Of a stretch of 64,000 nt of DNA, positions 1 through 9,179 are shown piece after piece; within the stretch, counting starts at the first letter, position 1; every line of letters begins with the position of its first letter. The notes under the pieces were generated by a model, which saw only the letters and a list, made by a program, of their open reading frames with translations, was not told the origin of the DNA and ran no database searches. The position numbers and the translations under genes are program-made. The stretch covers positions 4,288,001 to 4,352,000 of the forward strand of contig OZ251539.1 of assembly GCA_965243135.1 (NCBI GenBank). The letters run 5' to 3'. The DNA comes from Alphaproteobacteria bacterium (GTDB lineage: Bacteria; Pseudomonadota; Alphaproteobacteria; MPNO01; UBA830).

Positions 1-413
1 AAAGTAAATTCGAGCAAATCGTTCGCCATCCAATCCTTGGGAAGGACGCGCCAAATTGTTAACAGGCACCTGTAGAAGTACCATTCACGCTCAGTCTTCT
101 TCTTGGTGATCCAATTGACATCTACGCACTTCCCATCATTTCGATTTCCGGTTATGGTGCCGATGGCGTTGATTTTCATTACGGCGACAAAATTGCCTTG
201 ATTGTCGAAAGGTAGATCACGTTTGCGATTGCATGTTGACTTGATCGCGATACGGTCGCCGGGATGCATGGAACGGACATCATCCAAATACTTATCTTCA
301 TATCTGTTTTCCCAGATTCCTTCACTCAGAAAGCGGTCGATCTGATCTTCGCCGCCACGATGCATCGCTCCGACGAACCAATTCGGCCTCGGAGCTTTTT
401 CGCCGCCTGTCAT
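1..413 (-). CDS. McrB-like AAA+ GTPase/ATPase, N-terminal part (runs off the window edge)
   Basis: Not in the ORF track. Manual translation from ATG 413: MTGGEKAPRPNWFVGAMHRGGEDQIDRFLSEGIWENRYEDKYLDDVRSMHPGDRIAIKS...EREWYFYRCLLTIWRVLP, open to position 1. Resembles the N-terminus I recall for a proteobacterial McrB-family group; GC lower than the backbone. Confidence 0.7.
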   Translation of the reverse strand, partial: MTGGEKAPRPNWFVGAMHRGGEDQIDRFLSEGIWENRYEDKYLDDVRSMHPGDRIAIKSTCNRKRDLPFDNQGNFVAVMKINAIGTITGNRNDGKCVDVNWITKKKTEREWYFYRCLLTIWRVLPKDWMANDLLEFT

Positions 414-624
414 CACTTTGCCCTCTTGTTTCCGGTTCCGTAACCAAGCACTTGAAGCCATAGGTATAGTGAAGGCGGAGTGGCGTCAACTTCGTCGTAC
501 GTTGACGCATGTCCTTCCTGTGGGGTCATCATGGCTATATCGGGAATCGAAGATGAGACGGTTCCGGGCGAAGCCCCGATATCCAGTTGCGCCTTCCCTT
601 GCTTCCACAGTCCTGTTCAGAGTT

Positions 625-819
625 CAGCAATTCCCGCTAAGGCTCTAATCCTTGGAAAATATGGGGTTTCAGAAAAATTTTCCGTAGATTTTTCTGGGTA
701 TTTCGGTGCAATTTGCCTTCGAATGAGGGATTTTCTTATGTCGCGGCGGCTTGTCCATTGGTAATTTCGCCTTCTCGGCGTACCTTTTGGACATGCGCCC
801 GCCTTAGCGGGAATTGCTG
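625..819. mobile_element. MITE / miniature IS derivative (195 bp)
   Basis: Perfect 19-bp TIRs CAGCAATTCCCGCTAAGGC (625-643) and its reverse complement (801-819); 9-bp direct repeat TTCAGAGTT at 616-624 and 820-828; AT-rich interior with no transposase ORF. Confidence 0.9.
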
Positions 820-891
820 TTCAGAGTTTGCCGTCACGAGGAACTCGCCGACACGCTCTCGCTTTCCGTGCAGGTAAACTCCGCGGCGCGG

Positions 892-1422
892 TCAGTCCGG
901 CTGCACCACCCCGACATAAGGCAGGCTCCTGTACATGTGAGCCATGTCGATGCCATATCCTACGACGAACGCGTTCCCCGCCGGAAAGCCGGCGAAATCC
1001 GCCTTGATGCTGACCTCCCGCTTTTCCTCCTTGTCCAGAAGGACGCAGCTGTGGACGACCCGCGCGCCGCGCTCCTTCATCAACTTCGCGGCGAAGGCTA
1101 GCGTTCGACCGGTATCGAGGATGTCGTCGACGATGAGAACGGACCGGTCGCGGACGTCCTCCGAAATATCGCGCGTCAACCTGACGTTGCCCGAACTCCT
1201 CGTGGCCTCGCCGTAGCTCGATAGCGTGATGAAATCGACGCGCGGCCGCATTCCCGCGCGGTCAAGAGCGCGCAGCAGATCGGCCGCGAACACGAAGCTC
1301 CCCTTGAGGACCACGATGATCAGCACGTCGGCCGGCAGCCGGCTGGCGATCTCCTGCGCGAGTTCGTCGATCCGGGTCGCTATCGTCGCGGCATCGAAAA
1401 GTACGTCGATCTTCTCCGTCAC
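892..1422 (-). CDS. hpt: Hypoxanthine phosphoribosyltransferase
   Basis: VLKGSFVFAADL, VLIVDDILDTGRTL (PRPP loop), FVVGYGID; GTG start overlaps the upstream stop (GTGA). Confidence 0.95.
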   Translation of the reverse strand: MTEKIDVLFDAATIATRIDELAQEIASRLPADVLIIVVLKGSFVFAADLLRALDRAGMRPRVDFITLSSYGEATRSSGNVRLTRDISEDVRDRSVLIVDDILDTGRTLAFAAKLMKERGARVVHSCVLLDKEEKREVSIKADFAGFPAGNAFVVGYGIDMAHMYRSLPYVGVVQPD

Positions 1423-2093
1423 TGGTTCCGCCTCCTGATCGCGTTTTCCGGATCGAGCGCGACATCGATGCTCCGGGTTCCCGGAGGTTCCGCGGACCGC
1501 GTCGAATACCTGACCGTTTCTCCCGGAAGCATGCGCCGTTTCGGCGGGGGAAAATGCCACATTCCGATCACGTCGCCCGAACCGTCGAGGAAGAACGCCG
1601 TCAGCCAGGGCGCGTCCATGGACGTTCGGGCGTTGTTCGTCACTTCGCCTCGCAGCGACACTGCGCCCGCCCTCCGGTAATGCTCGAAATCGCGCAACTC
1701 GAAACGCTTGCGCCAGGGTTCCCGATCCCACCGGACGAATTCGTACAATCGCTGCGCGCCCGGAACGGCCATGATCGATTCCCGAAATCCGACCGCAAGG
1801 ACGAATGCCGTCGCCGCGGCCAGAAACAGGAGCGCCCAGTTCTGCAACGCTGGCCGGCGGCGGGGCTTGACGACAGCCAAGGCCCCGGTTTTCTCCTGGA
1901 CTGTCGTGGACAGCGCCCCGTGCGACGCCTCGCCGGCCGGGGAAGCGTCCGGTTCCGGCGACCTGTCGGACGCCGGGCGAAACTGCTTCCAGACATGCTC
2001 GCACCCGGCGCATTTCACCCTGCGGCCGTTCGGGCCGATCTCTTGCGGATCGACGACGTAGCGGGTCGCGCACGACGGACAGGAAACGATCAT
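1419..2093 (-). CDS. MJ0042-type zinc-ribbon / DUF3426-like membrane protein
   Basis: N-terminal CPSC...VKCAGC zinc ribbon, one TM helix, C-terminal LRGEVTN domain. Confidence 0.85.
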   Translation of the reverse strand: MIVSCPSCATRYVVDPQEIGPNGRRVKCAGCEHVWKQFRPASDRSPEPDASPAGEASHGALSTTVQEKTGALAVVKPRRRPALQNWALLFLAAATAFVLAVGFRESIMAVPGAQRLYEFVRWDREPWRKRFELRDFEHYRRAGAVSLRGEVTNNARTSMDAPWLTAFFLDGSGDVIGMWHFPPPKRRMLPGETVRYSTRSAEPPGTRSIDVALDPENAIRRRNQ

Positions 2094-2380
2094 GGCATCC
2101 CCATACTCCCAGACGGCCGGCCTTACAAGCCGCCCCGCCCGCCGCCGACCGCAGCGCGCTCGTTCCGCCCGCGCTCGAACGCCGCGCCGGAACTCTGGAC
2201 GTAACGGGCCGGTCTGTGCGATTCTGCGGCCGTGTCTTACTTGCGGCCATCGTTCGATTCAGCGGCGGCGAAACCCGCGCCGGACGCCGCGCCGTTCCCG
2301 GCCGGCCGGGCAGCGATTCCGCGCGCGGCTCGTTCTCGGCGAGGAAGGCGGCCGAACCGCGCCGCGCCGCGTCCGGGGCG

Positions 2381-2971
2381 ATGAGATACGGCAAGCGCCG
2401 GCGGCGCACGAAAACCGCGCTCCTTTGCCTCGCGCTGATCCTTCTTTGCTGGGGGGCCGGCTTTTACTGGTTCACGAGATTGATACCGACGCCCGGGCCC
2501 GTGTCGGAAGAAGCGACTGACGCCATCGTCGTCCTCACGGGCGGCGCCGGGCGCGTTCGGGAAGGCCTCAGGCTCCTCGAAAACGGCCTTGCGGGAAAAC
2601 TCTTCGTTTCCGGGGTGTATCGCGGCGTCGACGTGCAGGCGCTGTTGCGCCACGCCCGGCAGGAGCCGGGGAACCTCGAATGCTGCATCGTGCTCGGCTA
2701 CGTCGCGGACAATACCCGCGGCAACGCGCGCGAAACGGCCACGTGGATCGAACGGGAGCGCCACGGATCGCTGAGGCTGGTCACGGCCAGCTACCACATG
2801 CCGCGCAGCCTGCTGGAATTCAGGCGCGTTCTCCCCTCCGAGTTCGACCTTGTCGCCCATCCTGTCCACCCGGAACATTTTCAGGCTTGGTGGCGCAGCC
2901 GCAACTCACTCCGCCTTGCGCTCTCGGAGTATCACAAATACCTGTTCGCCCTCGCCGTCGGATTCCTGTGA
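2381..2971 (+). CDS. YdcF/DUF218 family protein
   Basis: AIVVLTGGAGR, NTRGNARE, VTASYHMPRS, SEYHKY motifs; start placed at ATG 2381. Confidence 0.9.
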   Translation: MRYGKRRRRTKTALLCLALILLCWGAGFYWFTRLIPTPGPVSEEATDAIVVLTGGAGRVREGLRLLENGLAGKLFVSGVYRGVDVQALLRHARQEPGNLECCIVLGYVADNTRGNARETATWIERERHGSLRLVTASYHMPRSLLEFRRVLPSEFDLVAHPVHPEHFQAWWRSRNSLRLALSEYHKYLFALAVGFL

Positions 2972-2977
2972 GGCCCC

Positions 2978-3715
2978 GTGACCCTGCTTCGCTCAGCCGC
3001 TTTCAACGTTCTCATGTTCGTATGGACGATCCTTCTGTACCTCGCGTACGTGCCCGTTCTGGCGCTTCCTTCGCCCGCCATTATCGCCTGCGTGCGCTTC
3101 TGGGCGTTCTCGCTGTTCGCGCTTCACAGAGCGATCCTCGGCCTTTCCTTCGAGTTCAGGGGCGACCTGCCCGAGGGCGGCTTCATCGCCGCGTCGGCGC
3201 ATCAGTCGGCCTGGGACGTGTTCGGCTTCCACGCGGCGTTCCGCGCTCCGGTCTACGTGCTGAAGAAGGAACTGACCCGAATACCGCTGTTTTCCGTGTT
3301 CGTGCGCAGGCTGGGCATGATCGCCATAGACAGGTCGGGCAGCCCGGCCTCGACCCGCGCGATGCTGCGCGCCGCGCCGGCCGCGTTGGCCGCGGGCCGG
3401 CCCGTCGTCGTTTTTCCCGGCGGCACGCGGTCGGCACCCGGCGTCGAACCCGAACCTCTCGCCGGCATCGGAGCGCTTTACCGGTTTTGCGGGGTGCCGG
3501 TCGTTCCGGTTTCCCTGAATACCGGCGTCTACTGGGGACGCCGGAGCTTCGTCAAGAAACCCGGCGTCATGATCGTCGAATTCGGCGAACCCATTCCTCC
3601 CGGCCTGAAACGGGAGGAGTTCATGGCCTTGTTGGCGGAACGCATCGCGTCCGGAAACGCGCGCCTGCTGGCCGCCGCCCGCCAAGATTCGGACGCGCCG
3701 GGCGAACGCGCGTAG
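2978..3715 (+). CDS. plsC: 1-acyl-sn-glycerol-3-phosphate acyltransferase
   Basis: HQSAWD (HX4D) and FPGGTRS motifs; follows YdcF as in other alphaproteobacteria. Confidence 0.85.
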   Translation: MTLLRSAAFNVLMFVWTILLYLAYVPVLALPSPAIIACVRFWAFSLFALHRAILGLSFEFRGDLPEGGFIAASAHQSAWDVFGFHAAFRAPVYVLKKELTRIPLFSVFVRRLGMIAIDRSGSPASTRAMLRAAPAALAAGRPVVVFPGGTRSAPGVEPEPLAGIGALYRFCGVPVVPVSLNTGVYWGRRSFVKKPGVMIVEFGEPIPPGLKREEFMALLAERIASGNARLLAAARQDSDAPGERA

Positions 3716-3742
3716 CGTCCCCAGGAATCCGAACGGAGCCGC

Positions 3743-4714
3743 TCAGGACAGGAACGCGTCGAACTCGCGCCAGAAGAGAGTGCGCCGCTCGTCCCTCTCC
3801 ATGAGGATTTCGTGCCGCGAGTCTGGAATTTCGACCCATTCGCAGCGCGGCAACGCGCCGCAGACCGCCTTTTGCGCCGCGATCGAAACTACCCTTTCGT
3901 CCGTCGGGATGCACACGAGTATCGGGCAGGTTTCGGGTCCGGCGGCGGTAACCGCGCGCAACCGGTCAATGCTCCGAAGCGCCGCGCCGAGCCAGCCGAA
4001 CGTCGGCCCGCCCAGCGCCACGGCCGGGTTGGCGGCGATGGCGGCGCGCGTCCGGTCGAAGCGAACGCGGTCGCCGGTCAGCGGATTCCCTTCAAATGCC
4101 GCGCGCTCCGCGGCGTGGGGCCCTGTCCCGGGCAAGTACCATTCGCCCATGCCGAAACCCGCCGCGAAAGCCGTCAGCCACCGGACGGAAGCGGCCGCGC
4201 ACCGGGAAAGAGGCAGATCGATCATCGGCGCCAGGAGAATCATGCAATCGGGCGCGATTTTCGCTTCGAGAACGGCTCGCAACGCGATGTGGCCTCCCAT
4301 GGAATGCGCGAGCACGCAGGTCGTCGCGGCGCGGCGGGGAGCCACGAAGGTTTCCGCGAACCAGGCGAGATCGCGGAGATAGGCGTCGAAGTCGTCGATG
4401 TATCCCTTGCGGCGGTCGGCGAGCGCGCGGTCCGAAAGCCCTTGGCCGCGCCAGTCCATGGCCCACACGCAGAAGCCGCGCTCGCGCAGTTCGCCGATGG
4501 TTTCCTCGTATTTCTCGAGGAATTCCGACCGGCCCGGCAACAGCACGACCTGTCCGCGTTCGCCCTCGGCGGGCCAGAACCCGACGCGCAGCCGCGCGCC
4601 GTCGGGAGCGGTTTCGCGGCGCGTGAAGCCCGCTTTCACGGCCGGATCCGGCGTTGGGCGGCGGCAAGAAGCGTCGCCTCGCCGGAGCCGCGAAAAATCG
4701 GGTTTTTCCGGCAA
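3743..4714 (-). CDS. Alpha/beta hydrolase, lysophospholipase L2 (PldB)-like
   Basis: PGRSEFLEKY, DWRGQGLSDR, AHSMGG, HEILME; the real start may be GTG 4639. Confidence 0.85.
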   Translation of the reverse strand: MPEKPDFSRLRRGDASCRRPTPDPAVKAGFTRRETAPDGARLRVGFWPAEGERGQVVLLPGRSEFLEKYEETIGELRERGFCVWAMDWRGQGLSDRALADRRKGYIDDFDAYLRDLAWFAETFVAPRRAATTCVLAHSMGGHIALRAVLEAKIAPDCMILLAPMIDLPLSRCAAASVRWLTAFAAGFGMGEWYLPGTGPHAAERAAFEGNPLTGDRVRFDRTRAAIAANPAVALGGPTFGWLGAALRSIDRLRAVTAAGPETCPILVCIPTDERVVSIAAQKAVCGALPRCEWVEIPDSRHEILMERDERRTLFWREFDAFLS

Positions 4715-4721
4715 ACGTCCC

Positions 4722-5567
4722 TTATTCCGGCGGGACCACGTCCGCGCGGATGGCGCCGACGCGCCCGATCTCGATTTCCAGCTCGTCGCCGGGCTTGAGC
4801 CATCTGGGAGGATCGAAACTCGCCGCCACGCCGTGCGGAGAGCCGGTCGTGATCATGTCGCCCGGCGCGAGCGTAACGAACGTCGAAACGTAGCTCACGA
4901 GATACGCGACGGAAAAAACGAGATCGCCGGTATGCCCTCGCTGCCGCTCCTCCCCGTTCACGCGCGTCACGAGCGTCATGTCGGACGGATCTCCCGCTTC
5001 GTCCGCCGTCGCGATCCACGGTCCGAGAAGTCCCGACCGCTCCCAGTTCTTTCCGGGCGCGACCTGCGGACCGCGCTTTTGCCAGTCGCGCACGCTGCCG
5101 TCGTTGCAGATCGTGTAGCCGGCGACGCAATCCAGCGCATCCTCCTCCTTCACGCGGCGCGCGGTTCGCCCGATCACCGCCGTCAGTTCGCCCTCGTAGT
5201 CGAACTGCGCGGAATGCGACGGCATGACCATATGCCCCAGATGCGGCGCGAAAGTGCGGGGAAACCGAGAAAAGACGCTTGGCCATTCCGGCATCGCGTA
5301 ACCCATTTCCGCGATGTGCGCGGCGTAGTTCTGGCCGACGCAAAAGATCTTCTCCGGGTTCGGAACGGGCAGGCGCCATTCCACCTCTCCGAGGCCGAAA
5401 TCCGCCTCCGCTCCGGACGCGGCGCGCGCCGCCTCGTCCAGCGCGCCGTTCTCCAGCACCTGGCGCATGTCCCGCTCCGGCAACCTGTCGGTCAGGTCGA
5501 CGATTCCGTCCTCCCTGACAGCGCCGAACCGTTCGCGTCCGCCCTGCGCGTAGCTCGCCAGCCGCAT
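4722..5567 (-). CDS. Fumarylacetoacetate hydrolase family protein
   Basis: CVGQNYAAH, FDYEGEL, NDGSVRDWQ, PGDMITTGSP. Confidence 0.92.
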   Translation of the reverse strand: MRLASYAQGGRERFGAVREDGIVDLTDRLPERDMRQVLENGALDEAARAASGAEADFGLGEVEWRLPVPNPEKIFCVGQNYAAHIAEMGYAMPEWPSVFSRFPRTFAPHLGHMVMPSHSAQFDYEGELTAVIGRTARRVKEEDALDCVAGYTICNDGSVRDWQKRGPQVAPGKNWERSGLLGPWIATADEAGDPSDMTLVTRVNGEERQRGHTGDLVFSVAYLVSYVSTFVTLAPGDMITTGSPHGVAASFDPPRWLKPGDELEIEIGRVGAIRADVVPPE

Positions 5568-5582
5568 TCCGTCCTCCGCAGG

Positions 5583-6425
5583 CTATTCCGGCGCCACCCC
5601 GTTGGTCAGGACGCCGATCGGCTCGATGGCGACGCTGACGGTCTGACCGGATCTCAGCCATTTCGGCGGATCGCTTTCGACGGCCGAGCCGCCCGGCGAA
5701 CCGGTGGCGATCATGTCGCCGGGTTCGAGCCAAGTGAATCTGGAAATGTGCGATATGAGGAACGGGATCTTGAAGACCATCATGTCGCTGCCGCCGTCCT
5801 GCCGGACCTCGCCGTCGACCAGGGTCTTGATGCGCAGGCGGCCCGGATCGTCGATCTCGTCGCGGGTGGCCATCCAGGGGCCGATGCCGCCCGACCGGAA
5901 GAAATTCTTTCCGGGGCAGTTCTGCGTCCCTTTCGACTGCCAGTCCCGAACGCTGCCTTCGTTGACTATCGTATATCCCGCCACGTAGTCGAGCGCCCTT
6001 TCCTCCGGGATATGGCGGCCCGCCTTCCCCATTATCACGGCGATCTCGCCCTCGTAGTCCAGCTGCTCCGACGCCTTGGGCAGCAGGATCGCTTCCTCGT
6101 GCGCCGCGAAGCTCGAGGCGAAACGGGGAAAGACGCTCGGCCATTCGGGATCGCCGTCCTCGCGCACTTCATGATAGGCGCGGTAGTTGCGGCCGACGCA
6201 GAGTATTTTCCCGGGCGTCGTGATCGGGAACATGTACTCGATCTCGCCGAGCGACACGTCGGGCGTCGTTCCGGCCGCGAGCCGCTCCATCTCGCCGACC
6301 GAAAGCCCGGCGACGGCGGATTTGAGGTCGCGGTGATCGAGGCGGACGCTCATGTCCACGATTCCGCCGTCCGCGACGACTCCGAAGGCTTCGCGGCCGC
6401 CGTGCCTGTAGCTGACGAGTTTCAT
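5583..6425 (-). CDS. Fumarylacetoacetate hydrolase family protein (paralog)
   Basis: CVGRNYRAY, LDYEGEI, NEGSVRDWQ, PGDMIATGSP. Confidence 0.92.
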   Translation of the reverse strand: MKLVSYRHGGREAFGVVADGGIVDMSVRLDHRDLKSAVAGLSVGEMERLAAGTTPDVSLGEIEYMFPITTPGKILCVGRNYRAYHEVREDGDPEWPSVFPRFASSFAAHEEAILLPKASEQLDYEGEIAVIMGKAGRHIPEERALDYVAGYTIVNEGSVRDWQSKGTQNCPGKNFFRSGGIGPWMATRDEIDDPGRLRIKTLVDGEVRQDGGSDMMVFKIPFLISHISRFTWLEPGDMIATGSPGGSAVESDPPKWLRSGQTVSVAIEPIGVLTNGVAPE

Positions 6426-6461
6426 GGCCCTTCCCGCGCGTCTCCCTCCGCCGTCGGCGTT

Positions 6462-7115
6462 TTATCGCGTTTTTCCGCGGAACGAAACCTCCGCGGCTTC
6501 GAACTCCAGCGCGCGGCGCAGCAACGGACGCAGATCGCCGGGGTCGATCCCCATGCGCTCCAGCTGCGCGACCGTGCCCGCCAGATAATCGATATTGGGG
6601 CCGCGGCGGCCCGCCGCGGCCGCGATCCTCCGGGCGGTCTCGTCGAAGCTCAATCCGCCCGCGAAGATTCTGCCGCCGCGATCGACGACCAGCGTGTAGC
6701 CCGCGACCCGGCGGCCCGGAAGATGCAGGATCGCGCGGCGGCAGACATAGATGGGATCGTCCTCCATCTCGCGTCGCGAGATCGCGGCGATCGCTTCTTC
6801 GCGATTCCCGGCGGCAACGCGCATGGCGAGTCCGGCGCAGGAACCGCCTTTCTCGAGCCCCAAGGAAAGCCCCGGTTTCTCCGGCGTGCCGCGATAGGTT
6901 TCCGAACTGACGCAAAAGGAGCGCCGCCAGCCGAAAATCCGCGCGGGAATCGCTTCCGCCGGCTCGAACGGCGCGTCCCACATCAGCGAACCGTAGGCGA
7001 AGAACCAGAAACCGCCGGGATCGGGAATAGTCAGCCCGCGCGGCGGGCGGTCACCGCCCTCTCCGCACCGCAAGAGCGACCCCTCCCGTGGCGAGCGCCA
7101 TCCCCGCGAGGGCAA
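6462..7115 (-). CDS. chaC: Gamma-glutamylcyclotransferase (ChaC-like)
   Basis: WFFAYGSLMW, YRGTPEKPG, GPNIDYL; start uncertain. Confidence 0.85.
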   Translation of the reverse strand: MPSRGWRSPREGSLLRCGEGGDRPPRGLTIPDPGGFWFFAYGSLMWDAPFEPAEAIPARIFGWRRSFCVSSETYRGTPEKPGLSLGLEKGGSCAGLAMRVAAGNREEAIAAISRREMEDDPIYVCRRAILHLPGRRVAGYTLVVDRGGRIFAGGLSFDETARRIAAAAGRRGPNIDYLAGTVAQLERMGIDPGDLRPLLRRALEFEAAEVSFRGKTR

Positions 7116-7932
7116 GCCACGACATGACCTCGCCGAACATCGCCCATCCCATCAGCGCCGTGGTCGGCGGGCTGAGGTAGATCAGGCTGGTGATCCGCGC
7201 GGCCGCGCCGCGCTGTATCATCCAGTAGTAAAGGCATATCGCGACGACCGACAGACCCACCGCCGACCACAGAACGGCCAGCGCGAAGGCGCCGGTCCAT
7301 TCCACTTCCATCGTTTCGAAAACCGCCGCGAATCCGAACATGACGGCGCACGACATCACGTTCTGCATGGCGACGCCGGTCCGCACGTCGAAGACGCCGC
7401 AGAAGCGCTTCTGGTAGAGCGTGCCCGCCGTTATGGCGAGGAGTCCGAGAACCGGCATCGCGAGTCCCCACCAGGCGTCGGCCGGCGACGCCACCCGATC
7501 CCAAACGACGAGAGTCAACCCTGCGAAACCGAGCGCCAGGCCCGCCCAGTTTCCGCGGGTGATCCGTTCGCCGAGCGCGAAACCCGCAAGAACTCCGGTC
7601 AGGAGCGGCTGAAGGCCGACGATCAGCGCCGTCACGCCGGTGGAAACGCCGAACCAGATGCCGTAATAGACCCCGACGAGATACAGCGTCTGAACCCCGA
7701 AGCCCGCGACGAGAATGTGGAAGGCTTCCCGGAGGCTGCTTGGCCAGACGGCCTTCAGCAGGAAGCATGCCGGAACCAGGATGAGCGATCCCACGACGAA
7801 GCGAGCGGCCATCAGCGTAAAGGGCTCGGCGTACGGCAACCCGTATTTCGCGGCGACGAATCCGCTGGCCCACAGAAATATGAAGGACGTCGCCGCAAGA
7901 GCGAACGGACCCGGAGGAAGTTGATTGGTCAT
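7051..7932 (-). CDS. DMT/EamA family transporter
   Basis: WASGFVAAKYGLPYAEPFT, GTLYQKRF; about ten hydrophobic segments. Confidence 0.9.
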   Translation of the reverse strand: MTNQLPPGPFALAATSFIFLWASGFVAAKYGLPYAEPFTLMAARFVVGSLILVPACFLLKAVWPSSLREAFHILVAGFGVQTLYLVGVYYGIWFGVSTGVTALIVGLQPLLTGVLAGFALGERITRGNWAGLALGFAGLTLVVWDRVASPADAWWGLAMPVLGLLAITAGTLYQKRFCGVFDVRTGVAMQNVMSCAVMFGFAAVFETMEVEWTGAFALAVLWSAVGLSVVAICLYYWMIQRGAAARITSLIYLSPPTTALMGWAMFGEVMSWLALAGMALATGGVALAVRRGR

Positions 7933-8019
7933 TCGTGCAGTCTTGCGTCCCTGCGTGCCCGCCCGTCGCCGTTCGCGGGGAACTTCCGGCGGCGCCTTCG
8001 CCAGCGAGGCAGTATAGGG

Positions 8020-8970
8020 ATGGGGCATCGTGCGGTCATACCGGCGCTCGTCGTCGCGGCGGCGCTGGGCTACGCGTTCTACTGGCACCTTCTTTCGGAA
8101 CGCGTCCTCGACAGAATCGCGGAATGGGCCGTCGAACGGCGCGGCGCGGGATGGGCGGTCGAATTCGGCGAACTCGAACGCGCCGGATTTCCGTTCCGCG
8201 TATCGATCCGAATCCGCGGGGCGCGGATGGCCGCTCCGGGCGAAAGTCTGGAATGGCGCCTGCCGGACGCGACGTTGACGATGCGCGCGTGGGAGCCCGG
8301 ACGGGTCATGATCGACGCGCCGGGAACGCATCGCGCCGCGCTCGGCGGAAGCGAGGCCGTCGTCGAAGCGGCGGAAGCCGAAATCGTTTTCGGCAGGCGG
8401 CGCGCGACGACGCTGCGCCTCGCCGCCCCGTCGGTCCGGCTGTCGGGAGGCGCGACGCTGGACATCCGAAACCTCGGCGCCCGCATCGAGAAGCAGGCCG
8501 GAAGCCCGGCCCGGTTCGCGCTGCGCGCCCAGTCGCTTTCCGCGCCGCGGCTGCCGCGGCCGGACCGGGCGATCACGGAAATCCGGCTGGAAGGCGTGGT
8601 CGAGGGATTCGCGGAGCCCGCCGGGTCGCTCGGAGTCTGGGCGGAGCGATGGCGGGACGCAGGCGGAAGGGTCGCGCTGCGCGAGTTCGCCTTGTCATGG
8701 GGATCCCTGAACGTCCGGGGCGACGGCGCTTTCCGTCTGGACGGCGACCTGCAGCCGGAAGGCGGACTGAACGTCGGGATCGCGGATATCGACCGAGCGG
8801 CCGAGGCGCTGGCCGCCGCCGGAATCGCGCCCTCCGTGGCCATGCTCGCCCTCAAGCTCATGCGCAACGCGGACGGTTCCGTCCGCGTGCCCGTCAAGCT
8901 TCAGCGCCGTCGCCTCTATCTCGGCCCCGTCCGGGTGCTCGAGCTTCGTCCGGTTCGCTGGACTCCCTGA
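8020..8970 (+). CDS. DUF2125 domain-containing protein
   Basis: N-terminal anchor then GFPFRV, W..AGG, LYLGPV; divergent from the chaC side as in related genomes. Confidence 0.75.
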   Translation: MGHRAVIPALVVAAALGYAFYWHLLSERVLDRIAEWAVERRGAGWAVEFGELERAGFPFRVSIRIRGARMAAPGESLEWRLPDATLTMRAWEPGRVMIDAPGTHRAALGGSEAVVEAAEAEIVFGRRRATTLRLAAPSVRLSGGATLDIRNLGARIEKQAGSPARFALRAQSLSAPRLPRPDRAITEIRLEGVVEGFAEPAGSLGVWAERWRDAGGRVALREFALSWGSLNVRGDGAFRLDGDLQPEGGLNVGIADIDRAAEALAAAGIAPSVAMLALKLMRNADGSVRVPVKLQRRRLYLGPVRVLELRPVRWTP

Positions 8971-9179
8971 CGACGGCTTGCCTTCCGGCGCGCGACGCGG
9001 CGCCGGAAACTCCGCCCGCCGACCGGGGGGATCTCCCGTCTCGCGCGGGCGCGACGGAAAGCGGAAAGTTCCGGCCGCCGACGCGCCAACGGGATTGCAG
9101 TATGCTCCCGCAGGGGTTATTTTCGACAGGGAGAGTCGGAACGCTCTTCCCGAAAGGGTCATGTCTGGAGACGGTACGG

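Noticed and set aside
483-508. GCGTCAAC-N10-GTTGACGC inverted repeat upstream of the McrB-like gene
   Set aside because: Could be an operator, but a single 8-bp repeat with no cognate regulator in view is not enough; its orientation differs from the repeat at 20516.
4398-7127. Very long alternative ORFs (e.g. 909 aa here; also 28361-31042, 36939-39350, 54529-56739 and the 5' extension of 22456-25518)
   Set aside because: Shadow frames of real genes in high-GC DNA: Arg/Ala/Pro-rich with no motifs.
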